Origin: Polyangiales bacterium
GTDB taxonomy: Bacteria; Myxococcota_A; Polyangia; Polyangiales; Polyangiaceae
Length of the DNA: 64,000 nt
Assembly: GCA_038230375.1 (NCBI GenBank)
Contig: JBBRNJ010000035.1
Location: forward strand, 21,379-85,378
Direction: 5' to 3'
The notes beneath the pieces are model-generated. The model searched no databases, was not told the DNA's origin, and saw only the letters and a program-made list of their open reading frames with translations. Of the stretch, positions 17,808 through 27,592 are shown piece after piece; position 1 is the first letter of the stretch; each line of letters starts with the position of its first letter. The position numbers and the translations under genes are program-made.

Positions 17808-18896
17808 ATGCAGATGCGGTCTCGTTCCCTTCTGGTGCTCGGAGCAGGCTCGTTGCTCGCGCTGGGCAGTACAACAGTCGCCTGTGGTGACGACAGCGTC
17901 TACGCGACAGGGGATGGCGGCGGCAGCGACGCAGGCAGCGCCTCCGACGGCACGGTGAGCCCGCCCGTCGACGCGGGCTTCTTCCAGGAGGACAGCGGTG
18001 GAGATGCGAGCGGTCCGGGCGTGGACCGCGGACCCACCAAGGCCTTCTTACCCAACCCGACAACGGCAACGCCGAGCGGTCTCTTCTGGCAGTACGGCGC
18101 GGACCCGGCGCTCTTCATCGCGGACGACGGCGCGAACGAGATCGTTCGCTGGGACGACAAGAAGGGATTCTCCACCCAGGTCACGCTGCCTCTGCCTCCG
18201 ATGGACGGTGGCGGCCTCGGCGGACTCATTCGCCTGACCGACGGTACGTTCTTCGTCACCCGGTTCGGGTTCGGCGTGGGCGGCGGAATCGAGTACGTCG
18301 CGGCGACCGGCGACGCTGGTGACATTCCCGGCCTCGACGTCACACGCAAGCGCGTGGGTCTCACGCTCCTACCCGACGGCACGCTCGCCACGACCTACTT
18401 CACGGGCTCCGGCGCCGCTGCGGTGGGCGCGGTCGCCAAGCTCACCGCGTTCACCGGCAACGAGAAGGACTTCATCACGGCGCTCACGATGCCGATAGGT
18501 GTACAGTACAATGATCTACAGCTCTTCGTGACGGACCAGCTTCAAGGCTACGTCGTGCAGTCGACGTCGCTCACGACCGGTGGCCCGTTCAACGCGCCGG
18601 GCGACGGCGGGCCAGACGGGGGCGGCTTCGACGCGGGCGACGCTGGCGGTCAGCCGAACGACTTCGTGGACCTCCCGAACGGCGACGCGCTCTGTCAGGG
18701 GCCCGACGGATCGCTCTTTGCTGCGACGAGCGACGGAAGCGTGTATCAGATCCTCCGGAATGGAACGAAGAAGCTCTTCGTCAGTGGGCTCACACGACCA
18801 AAGGGCGTTGCCTACGACGGCGCGAACAAACGCCTCTTCGTCGCCGACGTCGATCTCACGAACGGAAGCGCGCTTCGTATCTTCCCGGTCAACTGA
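17808..18896 (+). CDS. Beta-propeller lipoprotein (SMP-30/NHL-like)
   Basis: Lipobox VAC; repeated blades (GL...DGT, PIGV, GPDGSLF, PKGVAYD..LFVAD). Confidence 0.7.
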   Translation: MQMRSRSLLVLGAGSLLALGSTTVACGDDSVYATGDGGGSDAGSASDGTVSPPVDAGFFQEDSGGDASGPGVDRGPTKAFLPNPTTATPSGLFWQYGADPALFIADDGANEIVRWDDKKGFSTQVTLPLPPMDGGGLGGLIRLTDGTFFVTRFGFGVGGGIEYVAATGDAGDIPGLDVTRKRVGLTLLPDGTLATTYFTGSGAAAVGAVAKLTAFTGNEKDFITALTMPIGVQYNDLQLFVTDQLQGYVVQSTSLTTGGPFNAPGDGGPDGGGFDAGDAGGQPNDFVDLPNGDALCQGPDGSLFAATSDGSVYQILRNGTKKLFVSGLTRPKGVAYDGANKRLFVADVDLTNGSALRIFPVN

Positions 18897-18899
18897 CGA

Positions 18900-20252
18900 G
18901 TGAGCGCACTGATGCCATCCGTTCGCATCGTCCTCCTGCTCGCTGGCATTCCGTTCTGCTTCGCGAGCAGCTCGGCGATGGCCGCGGAGGACGAGCGCAC
19001 GGTGCCCGCTGCGCACACCGAGCCGGCCGCGACCTCGCCCCCCGACCAGCGCGACCCCGTCGTCGCAAAGCTCCCGCGCGTCCGCTTCTCTGGATTCACC
19101 CAGGTCGACTGGGTCGCCATGAACCAGAACTCGCAGGAGGAGCTCGACGTCCGCGGTCAGCCGCAGAACCAGGAGCGCTTCGTGCTGCGGCGCGCGCGGC
19201 TTCGCGCCGACGTGGACCGCGGCATCATCACCGGCGCGCTGGAGCTGGACGCGAACACGGTGAGCGGTCCGCAGGTGCGCCCCATCGCCGCCGAGGTGAC
19301 GGCGCGCTGGCCCGTGAAGAAGGGCGGTACCTACGACTTCGCGTGGACCATGGGACTCATCCAGACGCCGTTCGGCGCGGAGGTGCAGGAGCTCGACTAC
19401 ATACGTCCGTTCCTGGAGCGAAGCGCCGTGTCGAACGCGTTCTTTCCCGGCGTGTACGACCTGGGAATGCGATTCCGTGGAAGATACAGGTTTCTCCACT
19501 ACGCCCTTGGCCTCATGAACGGCGACCCCATCGGCGAGAAGTCGTTCCCCGGGCGCGATCCGAACAGGAGCAAGGACCTCGTGTTCCGCGTGGGTGTGAA
19601 GACGCCCGTCACGCGACGGATCGACGTGGACATGGGCTTCTCCGGCCTCTCTGGCAGCGGCTTCCACGCAGGCACGCCCACCACGAAGGACCAGCTGGTC
19701 TGGCGCGACACGAACGAAGACGGCATCGTCGACACCACGGAGATCCAGGTCATTCCCGGCACCGCAGCGACGCCCTCGCAGACGTTCCGTCGGTTCGGCG
19801 TGGGCGCGGATCTCAAGGTGCGCGTCAACGTCGGGCGCCTTGGGCACCTCACGCTGCGCGGCGAGATCATGCGCGGCAACAACCTGGATCGCGGCCTCTT
19901 CATCGCCGACCCGATCAGCGCCGGGCACGACCTGCGCGAGACCGGCTACTACGTTGGCCTCTCACAGGAGGTGACGCGCTACGGGCTGCTCGGGGTGCGC
20001 TACGACCGGTACGATCCGGACAGCGACGCGAGCGAGCAGCAGGGCCTCACCCTGGTTCCGCGCGACCGCAGCGTCAGCACGTTCGCCATGCTCGCCGGCC
20101 TCCGCCTCCCGAACGAGCACGGCCCGCTCTCTGCCGGCCGTCTGCTCTTCGAGTACGACCGCAACTACAACGCGCTCGGCCGCGGTACGAACGGCACGCC
20201 CACGACGCTCGCGAGCGACACGGCCATCCTCCGCGCGGAGATCACGTACTGA
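18900..20252 (+). CDS. Outer-membrane porin, phosphate-selective OprO/OprP-like
   Basis: FSGFTQ, F.LRRARL, PFG.E, FLERS, D.G, D.N..KD, RYDRYDP; terminal aromatic Y. Confidence 0.75.
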   Translation: MSALMPSVRIVLLLAGIPFCFASSSAMAAEDERTVPAAHTEPAATSPPDQRDPVVAKLPRVRFSGFTQVDWVAMNQNSQEELDVRGQPQNQERFVLRRARLRADVDRGIITGALELDANTVSGPQVRPIAAEVTARWPVKKGGTYDFAWTMGLIQTPFGAEVQELDYIRPFLERSAVSNAFFPGVYDLGMRFRGRYRFLHYALGLMNGDPIGEKSFPGRDPNRSKDLVFRVGVKTPVTRRIDVDMGFSGLSGSGFHAGTPTTKDQLVWRDTNEDGIVDTTEIQVIPGTAATPSQTFRRFGVGADLKVRVNVGRLGHLTLRGEIMRGNNLDRGLFIADPISAGHDLRETGYYVGLSQEVTRYGLLGVRYDRYDPDSDASEQQGLTLVPRDRSVSTFAMLAGLRLPNEHGPLSAGRLLFEYDRNYNALGRGTNGTPTTLASDTAILRAEITY

Positions 20253-21157
20253 TGTCGCGCGCCGCCGTCGCGTCCATGTGCAGCGCGGCGCTCGCGTTCC
20301 TGCTCGTGCCCGCGTGCGACGACGTGAAGGCCGACGACGGACTCGACGCGGATCTCACGGTGGACGGCGCGCAGTTCTATCGCGGGGCGCCGCCGGCAGC
20401 GAACGGCGGACCGGACGTCGTGGCCGTGGCGCTGCAGACCACGGAGGTGCACCTGGGCACCACCGGAAAACCTGTATCCTGCACGCTTTCGACGGACGCG
20501 ACCGCCGCGGGCTTCGCGCTCCAGGGAGACGTGGGATACTGGATCGTGCCTTCGGGCGCGGCCGCGGTCGAGACGCCGGGCGCGCCGGCCGTGAAGACCC
20601 AGCTGTCCTTCTCGCGAAGCATCGCGCTGGGCACACGCCCGCTGCTGGTCTTCGCGGTGGACGCGTCAGGCAAGGTGGGCGCCGCGACCGAGACCAACCT
20701 GGTCGTCACGGACCCGTACGCGCCGAAGGGCCGACTCATCATCTCGCTCACGTGGGACACGGAGGCGGATCTGGATCTCCACGTGGTCGACACCGCGGGC
20801 GTGGAGATCTACAAGGGCAACCTCAACTCCTACCAGAAGCCACCGCCGGGCACGCCGGTGGACCCGAGCGCCGTGAAGAGCGGCGGTATCCTGGACTTCG
20901 ACTCCAACGCCGACTGCGTGATCGACGGACGCCGCGCAGAGCACGTGACGTACGCGAACGCGCCGCCGTCGGGCCACTACACCGTCCGCGTGGACACCTT
21001 CTCGTTGTGCGATGCGCACAGTGCAAACTGGCGCGTATCCGCGACCCTCGACGGCAAGGGCCTGGGCACGTCGCACGGTGAGTCCACGGACGCTGACGAA
21101 CAGACCGCACACGATCGCGGCGCGGGAGTGCTGGCGCTGGAGTTCGACGTGCCGTGA
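20252..21157 (+). CDS. Lipoprotein with YfaP/DUF2135-like C-terminal domain
   Basis: ISLTWDTEADLDLHV, GILDFDSN, E.V, G.Y.VRV; start overlaps porin stop. Confidence 0.75.
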   Translation: MSRAAVASMCSAALAFLLVPACDDVKADDGLDADLTVDGAQFYRGAPPAANGGPDVVAVALQTTEVHLGTTGKPVSCTLSTDATAAGFALQGDVGYWIVPSGAAAVETPGAPAVKTQLSFSRSIALGTRPLLVFAVDASGKVGAATETNLVVTDPYAPKGRLIISLTWDTEADLDLHVVDTAGVEIYKGNLNSYQKPPPGTPVDPSAVKSGGILDFDSNADCVIDGRRAEHVTYANAPPSGHYTVRVDTFSLCDAHSANWRVSATLDGKGLGTSHGESTDADEQTAHDRGAGVLALEFDVP

Positions 21158-23646
21158 GGTCACGCTCCGCCAAGGCGGCGTGGCTGACCGCATGCGTGAC
21201 GCTCTTCGCATGTACGTGTAGCATACATGCAGTCGCGCAAGAGAAGAGCTCCGACGTGGGCGGCGCCCCCGCCAAGCGCCGCCTGACGAAGATGCCAAAG
21301 CTGGAGCGCTTCGTCCCCGCCGAGTACCCGAAGGCGCGCCGCGACAAGGGCGAGACCGCCAGCGTGCTCCTCACCATCGAGCTCTCCGCCACGGGAGAAG
21401 TAACGAAGGTCACAGTCCAGGCCAGCGCCGGAGCCGACTTCGACGAAGCCGCCATCGCCGCCGCAAAACAGTTCCACTTCGAACCCGCCGAGGTCGACAA
21501 CAAACCAGCCCCCGCCAAGATCACCTACCGCTACGACTTCACCCTCACCCCATCCCCTTCACCTTCCCCCAACCCTTCACCTTCACCCAACCCTTCACCT
21601 TCACCCAACCCTTCACCTTCCCCTTCCCCCAACCCTTCACCTTCACCTCCGCTCCCTCCCCCTCCCGACGTCACCACAGTCGAAGCCCGCTCCACCACCT
21701 CCCGCAAGGAGACCGGTGGCGTCCGCGTCTCCGCCGACGAAGCGCGCCGCGTCCCGGGCACCCAAGGCGACGTGCTGAAGGTCGTGCAGAACCTCCCGGG
21801 CGTCTCGCGCCCGCCGCTCGCATCCGGGCAGCTCGTGGTGTGGGGCTCCGCGCCGAACGACACGCGCGTCCTCATCGACGGCGTGGAGGTGCCCGCGCTC
21901 TATCATGGCAGCGGCCTGCGCTCCGTCGTGAGCTCCGACTTCGTCTCGAGCGTGGAGCTGTCACCGGGCGCGTTCGGAGCCGAGTACGGTCGCGGCCTCG
22001 GCGGTCTCGTGCGCGTGGACAGCCGCAACATCGCGAAGGACGGGCCACACACCTTCGTCGCGGCGGACACGCTGGATGCGGCGGTCATGCACGCGCGGCC
22101 GATCACGGAGGACGTGCGCGCCTCGGTACTTGCAAGATACAGCTATCTGGACGCACTGGTTCCGCTGGTGTCATCCAGGGATACCGGCGCTACGTTCCCC
22201 ATCCCGCGCTACGGGGATTTTCAGGCAAAAACGACGTTCGACCTGGGCCCGCGCGAGTCCGTGGACCTGGTAGGCCTTGGCTCGTTCGACGCGCTCGATC
22301 GCACGGTGTCGTCGCCCGATCCGGGCAGCGTGCGGTCCGTGCAGAGCCGCTCCAGCTTCGAGCGCGTGTATGCGCGATGGGTCTCCTCGTCGCAGTCGCA
22401 GACCAGCATCGTCACGCCGTTCGCGGGCTACGAGGACAGCCGACAGGCTCTCCATTTTGGCGGAACACCCGCGACGCTCGACGTGGGGAGCGCGGTGTAC
22501 GGGCTACGCGCATCGCGGCGGGAGAAGGTGGGCGAGCGCGCGCACGTCACGGTCGGCATGGACGCCCTTGGTCGCGCATCCAACGTGTCGCGCCAGGGAT
22601 CGCTCACGCTGCCGCCGCGCGAAGGCGACGTGTCCGTGTTCGGTCAGCCACCCGGAGACGATGTGGCGACCGATCGCGAAAAGACCCACGTGCTGAACGT
22701 GGCGCCGGACGTCGCGACCGATATTGCGATCGGGCCTGCGACGTTCACGCTCGGCGTGCGCATGGAGAACTACCTGATCGAGGGCTCGCGCCAGACGCCG
22801 AAGGTGGGCCTCACGCCGGAGATCGGCTTCTCGCGTCTGGAGCTCGCGTTCGATCCGCGGGCCGCCGCGCGCATTCGCGTGGCCGATGGTCTCGTGGTGA
22901 CGGCAGCGGGCGGCTTCTACAGGCAGGCGCCCGCGCCCGAGGATCTCTCCGCTGTCTTCGGCACGCCCGCGCTCAGCGTCTCCAAGGCCACGCACGCAAG
23001 CCTGGCGGAGGAGGTGCGCGTCACGGAGACGACAACTGTCGAGGTCACGGAGTTCGTGAAGTCGCTGTCGGACCTTCCGGTGCGCACGCAGCTTCCGTCT
23101 CCGATTCTGGCGCGGGTCCTCACGCAGAACGGCGAGGGGCGCAGCTTCGGCGCGCAGCTCCTGGTTCGTCAGGAGCTCACGCGCGGCTTCTTCGCGTGGC
23201 TCTCGTACACCATCAGCCGCTCGGAGCGGCGCATCGTCGGCGACGATCGCTACCGGCTCTTCGACTACGATCAGCCCCACGTCCTTGCGGCCGTGGCCAG
23301 CTACGAGGTCGGGCGCTTCACGTTCGGCCTGCGCTTCCGCGCCTCCTCGGGCTACCCGCGCACGCCTGTGGTCGCCTCCACGTACGACGCAAAGAACGAT
23401 CGCTACGACCCGGTCTTCGGCGCGCAGAACGCGGCGCGTTTGCCGGCGTTCTACCAGCTGGACGCAAAGATCGATCGCGTGTTCCCACTGGGCCTTGGCC
23501 GCAAGCTCACCGTGTACCTGGACGTGGAGAACGTCACCGCGCACGACAACGCGGAGGAGTACGTGTACTCGTTCGACTACGCCCGCCGCGGCATCATCAC
23601 CGGCCTGCCGACGATCGCGGTCGTTGGAGCAAGGCTGGATTTTTGA
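21154..23646 (+). CDS. TonB-dependent receptor with N-terminal TonB-C-like domain
   Basis: YP..AR..V.L.I...G.V..FDEAA..F.FEPA; PS linker; plug (VQNLPGV, DGV, GAF.AEYG); barrel ending in F. Confidence 0.92.
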   Translation: MRSRSAKAAWLTACVTLFACTCSIHAVAQEKSSDVGGAPAKRRLTKMPKLERFVPAEYPKARRDKGETASVLLTIELSATGEVTKVTVQASAGADFDEAAIAAAKQFHFEPAEVDNKPAPAKITYRYDFTLTPSPSPSPNPSPSPNPSPSPNPSPSPSPNPSPSPPLPPPPDVTTVEARSTTSRKETGGVRVSADEARRVPGTQGDVLKVVQNLPGVSRPPLASGQLVVWGSAPNDTRVLIDGVEVPALYHGSGLRSVVSSDFVSSVELSPGAFGAEYGRGLGGLVRVDSRNIAKDGPHTFVAADTLDAAVMHARPITEDVRASVLARYSYLDALVPLVSSRDTGATFPIPRYGDFQAKTTFDLGPRESVDLVGLGSFDALDRTVSSPDPGSVRSVQSRSSFERVYARWVSSSQSQTSIVTPFAGYEDSRQALHFGGTPATLDVGSAVYGLRASRREKVGERAHVTVGMDALGRASNVSRQGSLTLPPREGDVSVFGQPPGDDVATDREKTHVLNVAPDVATDIAIGPATFTLGVRMENYLIEGSRQTPKVGLTPEIGFSRLELAFDPRAAARIRVADGLVVTAAGGFYRQAPAPEDLSAVFGTPALSVSKATHASLAEEVRVTETTTVEVTEFVKSLSDLPVRTQLPSPILARVLTQNGEGRSFGAQLLVRQELTRGFFAWLSYTISRSERRIVGDDRYRLFDYDQPHVLAAVASYEVGRFTFGLRFRASSGYPRTPVVASTYDAKNDRYDPVFGAQNAARLPAFYQLDAKIDRVFPLGLGRKLTVYLDVENVTAHDNAEEYVYSFDYARRGIITGLPTIAVVGARLDF
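21545..21665. repeat. In-frame (CCTTCA/CCTTCC/CCCAAC)n repeat encoding a PSPSPN linker
   Basis: Visible C-rich tandem repeat. Confidence 0.85.
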
Positions 23647-24575
23647 TGCATACTACACCCATCTCACGCGCGACCGTCGCGGCCCTCGCGCTGGCAGCCA
23701 TCGCCGCAGGTGTGCCGGGCTGCGAACCGAGCTTCTCGGATCGCCCGTCGCTGGTGTCGGGCCCGAAGATCCTGGCGGTGCGTTCGGAGCCGGCGGAGGC
23801 CGCGCCGGGCACTGCTGTCGTGCTCTCGGCGCTTGTGGTGGACACGCAAGGAACGGTGACCGCGCCGCCATCCGCGTGGGGCTTCTGTCGTGCCCCGAAG
23901 CTGGTCGCGGAGAACGCAGCCGTCAGCCCGGACTGCACGGGCGAAGCCGCGATCGCGCCGATCGCAAATACGCTGGGCGGGGTGACCGGCACGGTTCCGC
24001 CGGACGCGTGCTCGCTCTTCGGGCCCGAGACCGCATCGGGGAGCAATCTACGCCCGCGCGATCCCGATCCGACCGGCGGCTTCTACACGCCCGTTCGCCT
24101 GCGCGCGAACGAGCAGATGGCGTTCGGCCTGCTCCGCACCAGGTGCGATCTTGCCAACGCGCCGGGCGACATCGTGACCGCGTTCGCGCAGGCTTATCAG
24201 GCGAACAAGAACCCGCGCATCGCGAGCCTCACGCGCGTGGACGACGTGAAGGAGGCCGCATTCGCCTCCGCCACCCGCGGCGAGTCCGTGCGGCTGCGCA
24301 TTCGATGGGCCGATGCCGACGCGGAGCACTACCCCTTCTACGACGCCACGACCGTGACCCTGATCGACCGCCGAGAGTCCATCCGTGTGTCCTTTTACAC
24401 GACCGCCGGCTCCTTCGATCTCGATCGCAGCGGCCGCGACGAGGCAGATCCCAACACCTTCACCGACGACGTCTGGCACGCCCCCGGCGACGCAGGCACC
24501 GTGCATCTCTGGTTCGTGCTGCGAGACAGCCGCGGAGGCGTAGCGTTCACCACCACGAGCATCACCGTCGACTAG
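23646..24575 (+). CDS. Lipoprotein associated with TonB-dependent receptor
   Basis: Lipobox PGC; ILAVRSEP.E, N.NP, W.AP, LWFVLRDSRGG; start overlaps receptor stop. Confidence 0.8.
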   Translation: MHTTPISRATVAALALAAIAAGVPGCEPSFSDRPSLVSGPKILAVRSEPAEAAPGTAVVLSALVVDTQGTVTAPPSAWGFCRAPKLVAENAAVSPDCTGEAAIAPIANTLGGVTGTVPPDACSLFGPETASGSNLRPRDPDPTGGFYTPVRLRANEQMAFGLLRTRCDLANAPGDIVTAFAQAYQANKNPRIASLTRVDDVKEAAFASATRGESVRLRIRWADADAEHYPFYDATTVTLIDRRESIRVSFYTTAGSFDLDRSGRDEADPNTFTDDVWHAPGDAGTVHLWFVLRDSRGGVAFTTTSITVD

Positions 24576-24849
24576 CCAGGCCAGTGCTTCACGGAGGCTG
24601 GCTTATCAATTCGTTTCGCCTCGATGCTCACGAGCCCTCCGTAGGCCGGCGAATCATGGCGCACTTCATCGCTGTCGCAAAACCCCTGTGCGATCGCCGA
24701 ACCCGATGCGCGACGAGATCAAGCAGCTCCTCGGCCGCCGCCGAGGTCATCGCGCTCGTCTGGATCGCGGGTGCTGCCCGGAATGGCTCGACCTTCGTTT
24801 CGCACTCTTTCTGCGCCGCAGGGGGAGATCGCGACATTCTGGGCGCTGC

Positions 24850-25930
24850 TCATTTGCGGGCAGTAGCCCTTGTCATCGCCGCGACCTGTGCTTCGACCTC
24901 TTTGGCGACGTCAGCTAGAAGCTTGTCCGCAGCGTCCATCGCGCAGGCAACGCCAAATGCACCGACGACAAAGGGTACGGCGAGCGCGACGTCGGGAGTG
25001 TCAGGGAACCCGGTGAAGCCAGACACGGTGAGCACGCGCCCGCGATCACTGCCAATCGCCTGGACCACCTCGCCCACCGCCGCAGCGATCGCAAAGCGAG
25101 TCGCAGGTGGTGAGAGCGCTTCAGCGAGTTCCTTCAGCAGATAAGCCTTCGGTGCCTGCGCCAGAACTTCAGCACCGTGCTCCTCCTCGAGTCGTTCGAT
25201 GATGCGGGCTGCGTTTCGCGCACCGACCAACTCTGACATCTTGCGGATCTCGGCAGCGGCGTTGCGCGTTCTCTCTAGCAGGTCCTTGGTATCGAGCGGT
25301 CGATGACCGAGTTGCTTCACACGGAGAGCCAGCGCAGCCTCGTCGCGGATCTCGATACTTGTGCCGTGCTCGCCTATGATGTCGGTCCAAACACTCGTCG
25401 CATCGACGTCGAGATCGTCCGCGAGGAAGCGAGAGAAGCGCGCGGTCTCGACCGTCGTACCCAGCCCGATGATGCGATTGCGCGGCCAGCGCGTTTGCTC
25501 TGCGACCCACGTGACCGTAGCTTCGACGGGGTTCGTGACGATGAGCAACACGCCGAGGTCTTTGGGGTTGCCGTCCGTCCTCTTGACGTGCGCCGAGAGC
25601 GCGCCCAGGATGCTCCCAGCTTCATCGCCCTTCAGAAGCCGCGCGCTCTCTTCGGCCTTCTCAGCACGTGTCTCTGTTCCCCGAAGCTTCGGGCCTGCGG
25701 CCACGACGATGACGTTGCAGCCCATCGTACATCCGCTCGTCCCATGGCTTTCCCGCCCGCGCGGCGAGCGGTGTGCCCCAGGAGCGGCTCTGTTCGAGGT
25801 CCATCCGAACGGCTTCCGCGGTCTCTAAAGTCCTGTTGGCCAAGACGAGACTACGGGCAATTCCCTGGCTCACCAGGAGATGCGCTGTGGCCTCTCCGAC
25901 ATCGCCAAGGCCGATCACCGCGACCCTCAT
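24850..25930 (-). pseudogene. LDH/MDH-superfamily 2-hydroxyacid dehydrogenase interrupted by a 1-nt frameshift (or sequencing error)
   Basis: N-half MRVAVIGLGDVG..DLEQ in one frame; C-half VIVVAAG..TR, TNPVE, IGLGT..ETAR, IGEHG in another; deleting one G of the minus-strand GGG (25721-25723) gives a continuous 359-aa ORF. Confidence 0.85.
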
Positions 25931-26298
25931 GGCGTCAGGGCCGCCATCGCAGAAGCGAGAGTTGTGTGGCTCTCCGCTGGCATCTTGCGACGCGCGAAAG
26001 CACGTTCGACACCTTCGCAATATGTCCGTCGCGTGGGATCGTACACCCACACCGCCTTGTGTCCCTCCCCGCGGACCCGCACCAGCGCGCTGCAGATGAC
26101 CTCCTCGCCCCACGAGTCCATGAAGCTGACGTTCTGTAGGTCCACGAGAAGCGGACCGGTCACCGCGATATCGAGCTTCTCGGCCGCGTCCCGCCGGACA
26201 TCGAGTGGCAGATCTCGCGTCCAGTCGCCCCGGAGGCACCAGATCGCGACGCCGCTCTCGTTGATATTCTCGACCCGCGGTGCTTCGTAGTGGTTCAC
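25927..26298 (-). CDS. STAS-domain anti-anti-sigma-like protein (RsbV/SpoIIAA-like)
   Basis: LRGD, LLVDLQNVSFMDSWG with conserved phospho-Ser; 4-nt overlaps at both ends. Confidence 0.85.
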   Translation of the reverse strand: MNHYEAPRVENINESGVAIWCLRGDWTRDLPLDVRRDAAEKLDIAVTGPLLVDLQNVSFMDSWGEEVICSALVRVRGEGHKAVWVYDPTRRTYCEGVERAFARRKMPAESHTTLASAMAALTP

Positions 26299-26669
26299 TG
26301 AGGACCTCTCTCCAAGATGATCTGGTTGGTGTCGGCTTGGTAGTGGTGGGCCCAAGTCCAACTGCTCAACGCGAGTTTCCATGCGCAGGTGTCGAGCCCG
26401 TGTGCGTCGCTTTCTGAGGCGCGGCTCACGCTGTCGAACTCCGCTCCGGGTAGGCAGATCTCGATGCGTGCTGACGACACCTCCACGCGGATGATGGTTC
26501 CCGGTTCCGGCGCGCTGTGTTCAAGCACGTTGGTAGCTAGCTCCCAGAGTACGTCCCGGAGGCGGGCCGCGACGGTTTCGTCGTGATGAGCGGTCAATGC
26601 CGCGTGGACCTCGAGGCGCAACCCGCGAAGCGCCGCAGCGTCACCGACTTCCGCGGAGTGTGCTGTCAT
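26295..26669 (-). CDS. RsbW/SpoIIAB-like HATPase protein (degenerate)
   Basis: N-box ELATNVLEHS; G..FD and HGL segments; canonical DxG Asp absent. Confidence 0.7.
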   Translation of the reverse strand: MTAHSAEVGDAAALRGLRLEVHAALTAHHDETVAARLRDVLWELATNVLEHSAPEPGTIIRVEVSSARIEICLPGAEFDSVSRASESDAHGLDTCAWKLALSSWTWAHHYQADTNQIILERGPQ

Positions 26670-27592
26670 GGCATCACCGCGATGGCGAGTCGGTCGTCGC
26701 GGCGACCGTGGCCATCGTCGTCTCTCAAGCGGCCCTCGAGCGCGAAGGCGACATCCCTCGGGTCCTTTGCGCTGTTCAGCACGTAACGCAGTTCGGGAGA
26801 GTCCCAGAGCGTTTTTGCGCCCCTTGTCGGCAGGCTGGCGAGGCCGTCCGTTGCAAGGACGAGGAGCGCGTTTTCATCAAGCACGCGTTCGCCGGTGAAG
26901 GAGCCGGCAGGGCCGCCGGGGTTACCCGTCCACTGAACGAGGCGGCCGCTTCGGAGAAAGGGAGGCGGCATGTTGAGACGACACTGGGTCAGCCGGCGTT
27001 CGCGACGATCGAATCGCACGACGCATGCGCTCGTTCGTTCGATGGGTTCTCCGAGGAAGCGCCAGAAGCGCACGAGGACGTCGATGATGTCTTCGGGGGT
27101 CGGGACGCCGCCACCCGGTAGGACGGTTGCTCCAAACACGCAGCTCGCGGCAATGCGTCCGAGAGGCGCAGCAATCTCGCCAGACCCCTGGGCGTCGAGG
27201 AGAACGAGGAAGACGCTGGAGCGAAGGTCGACTGCAAAGGCGAGGTCGCCGCCATCGGTGCCGGCTGGGCGGTCAACGACGGCGGAGCGCCACTGCGCCG
27301 CCTCCAGCGAGCGGAGGAAGGCCGCACGCGGGAGCTCGGCCTCGATCGGTCGGGGGGGTGAGGTGCTCCGGGTGGCGATCTCGGTCCCCGCTTGGACGAG
27401 CTGCCCTTCAGGGAGATCGAGCGCGTGTTCGAGACGAGAGAGAACATCCCGAGACGGTCGTGTGCGACCGCTCTCGTAATAGGAGAGGACGGACTGAGAG
27501 ATCTTGGAGCGCGAGGCGAGGTCTCGCTGGGACAATGCGCGGTGGATCCGTGCTCGACGGAGCAGGTCGCCAACGTTGGTGCGGGTCGTCAC
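26666..27592 (-). CDS. XRE-type HTH fused to SpoIIE/PP2C-like phosphatase
   Basis: LRRAR..LSQRDLA..ISQS.LS.YESG..P; GGD, LDAQGSG, ATDG, DD metal-ligand motifs. Confidence 0.88.
   Translation of the reverse strand: MTTRTNVGDLLRRARIHRALSQRDLASRSKISQSVLSYYESGRTRPSRDVLSRLEHALDLPEGQLVQAGTEIATRSTSPPRPIEAELPRAAFLRSLEAAQWRSAVVDRPAGTDGGDLAFAVDLRSSVFLVLLDAQGSGEIAAPLGRIAASCVFGATVLPGGGVPTPEDIIDVLVRFWRFLGEPIERTSACVVRFDRRERRLTQCRLNMPPPFLRSGRLVQWTGNPGGPAGSFTGERVLDENALLVLATDGLASLPTRGAKTLWDSPELRYVLNSAKDPRDVAFALEGRLRDDDGHGRRDDRLAIAVMP

Noticed and set aside
24576..24849. Small ORFs downstream of the LDH-like gene (24628..24837, 24688..24918)
   Set aside because: No motif or clear RBS; may be a degraded remnant but cannot be supported
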